Source: an uncultured archaeon (GTDB taxonomy: Archaea > Iainarchaeota > Iainarchaeia > Iainarchaeales > CAZILS01). From it: a stretch of 64,000 nt of DNA. The notes below the pieces were generated by a model. It did no database searches. It saw nothing but the letters and a program-made list of their open reading frames with translations, and was not told the origin of the DNA. Made by a program: the position numbers and the translations under genes. Location: positions 208,724 through 272,723 of the forward strand of contig CAZILS010000001.1 of assembly GCA_964540145.1 (NCBI GenBank). Direction: 5' to 3'. Position 1 is the first letter of the stretch; each line of letters starts with the position of its first letter. Below, in pieces: positions 59,071 to 64,000 of the stretch.

Positions 59071-62000
59071 CTACTCCTCGTAGGCGAACCTGTTTCCTTC
59101 TTTTCCCGGGCTTCCCTGTTCCTGCTTGCGCTTCCTATACCCGGCATAGCCAAGAACAAGCAGTATCACAAGAAGTATTCCGAGGAACGCGCCGGCATCC
59201 GCCAAATTAAACAATCCTGCCGGAGGCGTTTCTTCCTCTTCCGCTACACACTCCCCGGCCCGGCAGACTTTGCTATCCCCGCAGGGCGTGCCATTGCTTA
59301 TCGCAACGTGCCCGCATTTTTCGTTAAGGCATGAATCAGTTGTGCATGGGTTGTTGTCGTTGCAGTTGAGCTTTTCGCAGGCTGTTTCTCCCCCATCGGA
59401 AGGCTCATCTATGCAAGTGCCCGAACAGCAGCTCTCGCTGTCAAGCATCTCCCCGTCGCATTCCTGCCCTGAGGTGCAGATTGTCCCGCCGAGCGCGGTG
59501 CAGCTGCTCCCGGTGGTTTCTGAAGGGACATCTGGCTCCCCGCTCCCGGGGATTATGCACCTGGTTTCACAGCAAACCCCGTCGCACCCATATTTAGGCG
59601 TCCAGGTGTTTCCGCTTCCGCAGACCTTTTCCCCTGTGCACAAATAACCGCTGTAAATAATCCCAAAGTTCACGATGTAGCAGGAAGCGTTGTTGCATGT
59701 GGCTATGCCGCCACCGCCCCCACCGCCACCTCCTCCGCCACCACCACCGCCGCCTCCGCCCCCACCTGTGCTGACGGTGACGTTGACGGCTGCTTGCGCA
59801 GTGTTGCCCGCCATATCGTAAGCAACGACTGTATAAGTATGGCCTCCATCTGCCTGGTTTGTGAAGGTATACGTAAGCGAAGTTCCGTTGTTATTTCCAT
59901 TAACAGTGTAATAGCTTATGCCGTTGTTGTCGCTCCCGGTGTACGTGACTGTTACCGAGCTGCTTGCAATTGTGTCCCCCTCGTTTGGGGATGTAATCGC
60001 AACTGTAGGAAGGACAGTATCAACGATAGCGCAAACTTGGTTTGAGTTCAAATCATTGCCTGCGCCATCCACAAATGTAACTATATAACAGTAATTCCCG
60101 TCTCCCGGCACAACGTCGGCATAGGCTGTCGCTGTTCCCGATGTTCCCACATAGCCATTGTCCCTGTAAACAAGGTATTGGGCTATTCCGCTTGTTGCGT
60201 CGCTTCCAGGGGTAACAGACCAGTCAAGGTTGACGGTTGTTGAGTTCACAAACGCAGAAAGCACAATCGCGGGGGCTGTTCCCGGGGCAGTTTTGTCAAC
60301 CAAAACATATAGTGTGTTCGTGTCTTCCTGGTTTCCTACATTGTCCACACTATTAAAGTCGATTGCGTAATTTCCATCGGCATTGAAAAACTGGCCATTG
60401 CCGTCAATCCAAGTAAGCCAGGGCCCATAGATTACTGTATTGCCCGGGTCTGTGTCGACTCGGTACTTGGTTGTAGCACAACCTGACTTGGAATCAATGC
60501 AAGTGAGGGCAACGTTTGCATCAACATTTTGCCAGTTTGTGTTGTAATCTGCGTATGTAAACGGGGGTGTCTTGTCAATAAGCACGTAAATCGTGTTTGT
60601 GTCCTCAATATTTCCCGCAATATCCTGGCTATTGAAATCAATTGCCCAATTCCCGTCTGCTTCTATAAACACATTTTGGTCAACAGTGCCAGGGAAGCTG
60701 TTCCATGCGCCCATTGAATAATTGTTCGTGTTGTCTCCGTCAAGCCTGTACTGCATAAGTGCGCATCCGCTGTTTTCATCTGTGCAGGTGAAGTGGACAT
60801 TTGCGGATGTGCCCTGCCAGGTATTCCAGTTGAAGTCAACTGTGTATGTAAACGGGGCAGTATTTTCAACAAGGACAAACTGCGTCACAGCCGCTCCTAT
60901 GTTACCTGCCACATCGTTGCAGTCAAATACAACTGCTATGTTTCCATCGGTTGAGAAGTTAATGCTCCCTGAATAGATCTGTATTGCGCCAAGGGAAATT
61001 GCATTGCTCGGGTCTGTGTCAACCTGGTACCAAGTGGTGTCAGGCCCGCTCAGCGCATCGGTACAGCTTAGTTCAACGCTTGCGCCGTTTGTCCAGGTTC
61101 CTTCAGTATAATTGCTGCTTGCAATTGGCGGTGTTTTGTCAATCAAGATATTTGCAAGATTAGGCCCATCAGTGTTTCCCGCATTGTCCTGCGACCAGAA
61201 GTGCAGTGTGTTAGGCCCCTCCGTGCTTATCAGGACATTTTGGTCATAGGTTTCTTGGGCAGCCTCGTTAACCCTGTAAAAGCTGTTTGCGCATCCAGAA
61301 CCATTTTCATCGCCGCTTCCGTTGAGATAGCCAGGGTCTGTGCACTGAAGGTGCACATTCGCATCGAAATTTTGCCAGATGTTGTTGTTTGCGTCACTTG
61401 TAGTGATTGGGCCTGTGACATCAACCCTCATAGGCTTCCCGTTTGGATTGTCAACCTCGTTGTTGTCCGCATTGTCCTCAACCCACAGGCAGAAGAACTT
61501 GTTCATGTCGAAGTCAACCAAGTGCTGCGCCTCAGCCGAGTTCCCCGGGAAGCTTGTGAAGGCCCCTGTAAAGCCATAATCTCCCTTGTCCGTTGAACAG
61601 GGTTCGGCATCCGCAAAGTAATACCAATAGGTGCTCTTACACCCAGACTCGTTGTCCGTGCAGCTCACCTTGAAACTGTCGCCATTATTCCAGGCCGCGG
61701 AGATTTCATCCTGGACAATCGCGGATGTCGGCTTTGTCGAGTCAACAGTAAAGCTCCATGCCGACTGCGTAGCGGGATTTCCCGCAAGGTCATTCACATC
61801 AATTGTAACACTCACAGTGTCCCCTGAGGCGTAGGGCGTACTTGGGGTGAAAGTGAGAATGTCGGTTGCGTGGTCATAGGCAAGCTCGGCATCCGCAATT
61901 GTGAAATCAGCGTCAACCCCTGTGTAGGTTACGTGCATCATTATCTCGCTTTCCCTTGCATCGCTGTCCGCATCTGTAACTGTCGCGGTTATCGGCTTGC

Positions 62001-62484
62001 TTGAGTTGTTCGTTGAGATAAGCGGGGAAACAGGAGTAGTGGTAGGGGCAACGCTGTCTATCTGGAAACTTGCATCTGAAGTATCGCTACCCCACCCGTC
62101 CAGTATCCTGACTATTATGTAGTAGTTGCCATCTGTCGGAGGCCCCATGGTATCGTAATGCCACAAATACGAGCAGTTGTAATCTGCTCCGGGAACACCG
62201 CTGGAGGTACACTGGTTTTTCAGGACAATAATGTCGATTGTCGGAACCCCGGGATATGCTGGAGCAGTATTGTAAGATAATGATCCATTCCCCAAAGCCT
62301 CGAGGGTTGGCCCGCTGGCGTCCACATTAAAATCAATCAGGAATGTGTTATCCCCAACTGCTCTTGAAAAGTATTCGCCCCCATTCGGGATTATCACAGT
62401 TACCCATGCAGCCCCAACCATCGGCGCCACCATAAGAAGTAACACCAACGAAAACAGCAAGCCTGTGCGTCCCCCAAAACCCAT
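59071..62484 (-). CDS. 1137-aa cell-surface adhesin-like protein
   Basis: Domains in order: signal peptide MVAPMVGAAW; Ig-like modules; five tandem ~95-aa repeats with C(T/S)D..SGC...Y(R/Q).D and D.AGN.E signatures; an FN3-like module; 20 consecutive Gly; a Cys-rich region. C-terminal FLGILLVILLVLGYAGY followed by RKRK. TTTATAAAT box at 62525-62534. Confidence 0.8.
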   Translation of the reverse strand: MGFGGRTGLLFSLVLLLMVAPMVGAAWVTVIIPNGGEYFSRAVGDNTFLIDFNVDASGPTLEALGNGSLSYNTAPAYPGVPTIDIIVLKNQCTSSGVPGADYNCSYLWHYDTMGPPTDGNYYIIVRILDGWGSDTSDASFQIDSVAPTTTPVSPLISTNNSSKPITATVTDADSDARESEIMMHVTYTGVDADFTIADAELAYDHATDILTFTPSTPYASGDTVSVTIDVNDLAGNPATQSAWSFTVDSTKPTSAIVQDEISAAWNNGDSFKVSCTDNESGCKSTYWYYFADAEPCSTDKGDYGFTGAFTSFPGNSAEAQHLVDFDMNKFFCLWVEDNADNNEVDNPNGKPMRVDVTGPITTSDANNNIWQNFDANVHLQCTDPGYLNGSGDENGSGCANSFYRVNEAAQETYDQNVLISTEGPNTLHFWSQDNAGNTDGPNLANILIDKTPPIASSNYTEGTWTNGASVELSCTDALSGPDTTWYQVDTDPSNAISLGAIQIYSGSINFSTDGNIAVVFDCNDVAGNIGAAVTQFVLVENTAPFTYTVDFNWNTWQGTSANVHFTCTDENSGCALMQYRLDGDNTNNYSMGAWNSFPGTVDQNVFIEADGNWAIDFNSQDIAGNIEDTNTIYVLIDKTPPFTYADYNTNWQNVDANVALTCIDSKSGCATTKYRVDTDPGNTVIYGPWLTWIDGNGQFFNADGNYAIDFNSVDNVGNQEDTNTLYVLVDKTAPGTAPAIVLSAFVNSTTVNLDWSVTPGSDATSGIAQYLVYRDNGYVGTSGTATAYADVVPGDGNYCYIVTFVDGAGNDLNSNQVCAIVDTVLPTVAITSPNEGDTIASSSVTVTYTGSDNNGISYYTVNGNNNGTSLTYTFTNQADGGHTYTVVAYDMAGNTAQAAVNVTVSTGGGGGGGGGGGGGGGGGGGGIATCNNASCYIVNFGIIYSGYLCTGEKVCGSGNTWTPKYGCDGVCCETRCIIPGSGEPDVPSETTGSSCTALGGTICTSGQECDGEMLDSESCCSGTCIDEPSDGGETACEKLNCNDNNPCTTDSCLNEKCGHVAISNGTPCGDSKVCRAGECVAEEEETPPAGLFNLADAGAFLGILLVILLVLGYAGYRKRKQEQGSPGKEGNRFAYEE

Positions 62485-62540
62485 AAAATCACTCGGTTAT
62501 TGACCTTTAGTATAATGCTTTCATAATTTATAAACGTTTT

Positions 62541-62565
62541 GTTGCGAAGTTTCCGTTGTCGCAAC
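62541..62565 (-). terminator. hairpin between the TA pair and the adhesin promoter
   Basis: GTTGCGA-N11-TCGCAAC, a perfect 7-bp stem; no clear T tract follows. Confidence 0.25.
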
Positions 62566-62599
62566 TGCCCGGTGGCGACAGCTCGCTGTGCGCCGGCAG

Positions 62600-62824
62600 C
62601 TACCTGCCCACAATAACCTGGACTTCCTTGAGGGCGGAGCAATCTACTTCAGATTTGATTTTCCCGACACGCGCCCTCACTCTCTCATACTCCTGTTCGG
62701 ACATGTATTCCTCATTGCACTTTGCGCATTTTTCCACAAAGACCGGGCTGATTGCAATCTTTCCGTGGAATATCCGTGTGGATTCGGACTTTTTTGTCTT
62801 TCCGCTGCATTTTGGGCATTTCAT
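62600..62824 (-). CDS. YgiT/MqsA-type zinc-ribbon small protein (putative antitoxin)
   Basis: MKCPKCSG...CAKCNEEYMSEQE CxxC...CxxC ribbon. ATGA overlap with the upstream DUF4258-like gene. Confidence 0.65.
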   Translation of the reverse strand: MKCPKCSGKTKKSESTRIFHGKIAISPVFVEKCAKCNEEYMSEQEYERVRARVGKIKSEVDCSALKEVQVIVGR

Positions 62825-63087
62825 TTTTTTGGCCTCTCATCGTATATTTTTCTTTCCCGCTCTTTTGAAGGATATCCTGTTATTATGAACTTGTGTTTAT
62901 TGCAAGGCAGGAAAACTATGCTATAGTATTTGTATCCTTCCTTATAAATGCATATCTTTCTCCCTTTTTTCTCCCCAGCAGTATTTTCTATTATAACCCC
63001 TTTTTTCAGCATCAAATTTATTTTTCTCGCAGGGATGCCGTGTTCAATAAACCTCTCTTCAGCGTGCTTTATGAAGTAAATCCCCAT
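62821..63087 (-). CDS. DUF4258-like small protein (putative toxin)
   Basis: F.KHAEERF.EHGI....I......G.IIE...........Y......Y.IVF.......FIITGY layout. The track start 63126 is TTG; ATG at 63087. Confidence 0.6.
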   Translation of the reverse strand: MGIYFIKHAEERFIEHGIPARKINLMLKKGVIIENTAGEKKGRKICIYKEGYKYYSIVFLPCNKHKFIITGYPSKERERKIYDERPKK

Positions 63088-63138
63088 AGGGAGACGGGCG
63101 TGGAACACTTTAAGAATATACGTCAATTGCCGACGTAA

Positions 63139-64000
63139 TCAGATAACCTGCGGGGAACCCCCGCCGCTGCCCCGGGGCTTCCTTGCAGCCTCAAGGTCCT
63201 TCTTGTAAACAATCGTCCTGTAGGGATAGGGAATCTCAATTCCTTCCCTGTCAAAGCGCTTCTTTATGCCCTCAAGCAGTTCAAACTTTGTTTTCCAGAA
63301 TGCCCAGTAGTCCTTGACCCAGAAATAGAGCCTCATCTTCACAGAAAAATCAGCTGCCTCGACAACCCTCACAACAGGCCCCATTTCAACAGGGTTCCCG
63401 TCCTCATCCTTGTCCTCGAAAACCATGTTCTCGGGGTGCTTGTTTGCCTCCTCCAGCATGATTTTCCTCGCCTTGTCTATGTCTGCGTCGTATGCAATCC
63501 CTATTTCAACAGTCCCCCATATTTTCTCATCAACCAGAGAGTAGTTCACAATGCTTTGGTCGTCTATTTTCGCGTTCGGCACTATTATCCTCTTGTTGTC
63601 CCATGTCCTGAAGACAACGTGCCTAAGCGTCATGTCCTCGACGATGCCGTTCGACCCATCGATATTCAGTTTATCCCCCACCCTAAAGGGCTCGTTCATC
63701 GCTATGAATATCCCCGAAAAGATATTTGCGAGGCTTTTCTGCACGGCAAAACCAATAATCACCGCGGCGACACCCGCACCTGCCAGCAGGGAGGTCGAGG
63801 CAGCCTCCATCCCAGGGATTTGGTATAAGATAACCGCAATTCCGATGAGGTAGACCGCAAGGACAAACAGCCTGCGGAAGAACTGCAGCTGCATCCTCCT
63901 CAGCTTCTTCTGCTCCCTCCCCTTCGTCCTCTTGACGAGGTTCTTCGAGACCCTTAGCAAAAGCCTGTTGGCTATGCTCCCGAGGGCTATGAATGCCGCA
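63139..64000 (-). CDS. mscS: MscS-family mechanosensitive channel; 5' end is beyond the window
   Basis: AGAGVAAVIIGFAVQKSLANIFSGIFIAMNEPFRVGDKLNIDGSNGIVEDMTLRHVVFRTWDNKRIIVPN. The frame stays open to 64000; the track 'M' at 63960 is TTG. Confidence 0.85.
   Translation of the reverse strand, partial: AAFIALGSIANRLLLRVSKNLVKRTKGREQKKLRRMQLQFFRRLFVLAVYLIGIAVILYQIPGMEAASTSLLAGAGVAAVIIGFAVQKSLANIFSGIFIAMNEPFRVGDKLNIDGSNGIVEDMTLRHVVFRTWDNKRIIVPNAKIDDQSIVNYSLVDEKIWGTVEIGIAYDADIDKARKIMLEEANKHPENMVFEDKDEDGNPVEMGPVVRVVEAADFSVKMRLYFWVKDYWAFWKTKFELLEGIKKRFDREGIEIPYPYRTIVYKKDLEAARKPRGSGGGSPQVI

Noticed and set aside
59707-59766. Poly-Gly run as a sequencing/assembly artefact or slippery repeat.
   Set aside because: Four different Gly codons are interspersed and the frame is maintained into conserved Cys-rich sequence.

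Overview
This is an archaeal chromosome segment, and about 85% of it is the conserved information-processing super-cluster, nearly all on the minus strand. The archaeal call rests on split rpoA'/A'' and rpoB''/B', e-type ribosomal proteins, aIF2-gamma/aIF5B/SUI1, Spt4, Rpo7 and RNase P Rpp29. From right to left the core reads: rpoH-B''-B'-A'-A''-L30e-NusA-S12-S7-EF2-EF1a-S10, archease-RtcB, then L3-L4-L23-L2-S19-L22-S3-L29-SUI1-Rpp29-S17-L14-L24-S4e-L5-S14-S8-L6-L32e-L19e-L18-S5-L30-L15-SecY-DUF106-L34e-L14e. It continues with S13-S4-S11-RpoD-tRNA-Leu-L18e-L13-S9-RpoN-S2, then GluRS, L7Ae-S28e-L24e-NDK-dUTPase-aIF5B-S6e-aIF2g-PIN-Rpo7-Spt4-S24e-S27ae and Sua5-Kae1. Two r-protein genes below the ORF-track cutoff were found by hand (eL14 and uS14). 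Several ORF-track starts are TTG/GTG read-throughs and were trimmed. adk/cmk and rpoK/eno are missing from their usual slots, and many r-proteins carry Lys/Glu/Ala-rich tails; both suggest a reduced, possibly DPANN-like lineage, which is inference only. The non-core content is three large secreted or anchored surface proteins (two share an unnamed Cys-rich module) and an accessory stretch at 56.3-63.1 kb. That stretch holds a GNAT-toxin-like cassette bracketed by perfect 25-bp direct repeats, an HTH-riboflavin kinase, a 1137-aa adhesin and a DUF4258/zinc-ribbon TA pair. No CRISPR array, transposase, integrase or rRNA was seen. All family calls come from motif recognition by eye; no database search was possible.
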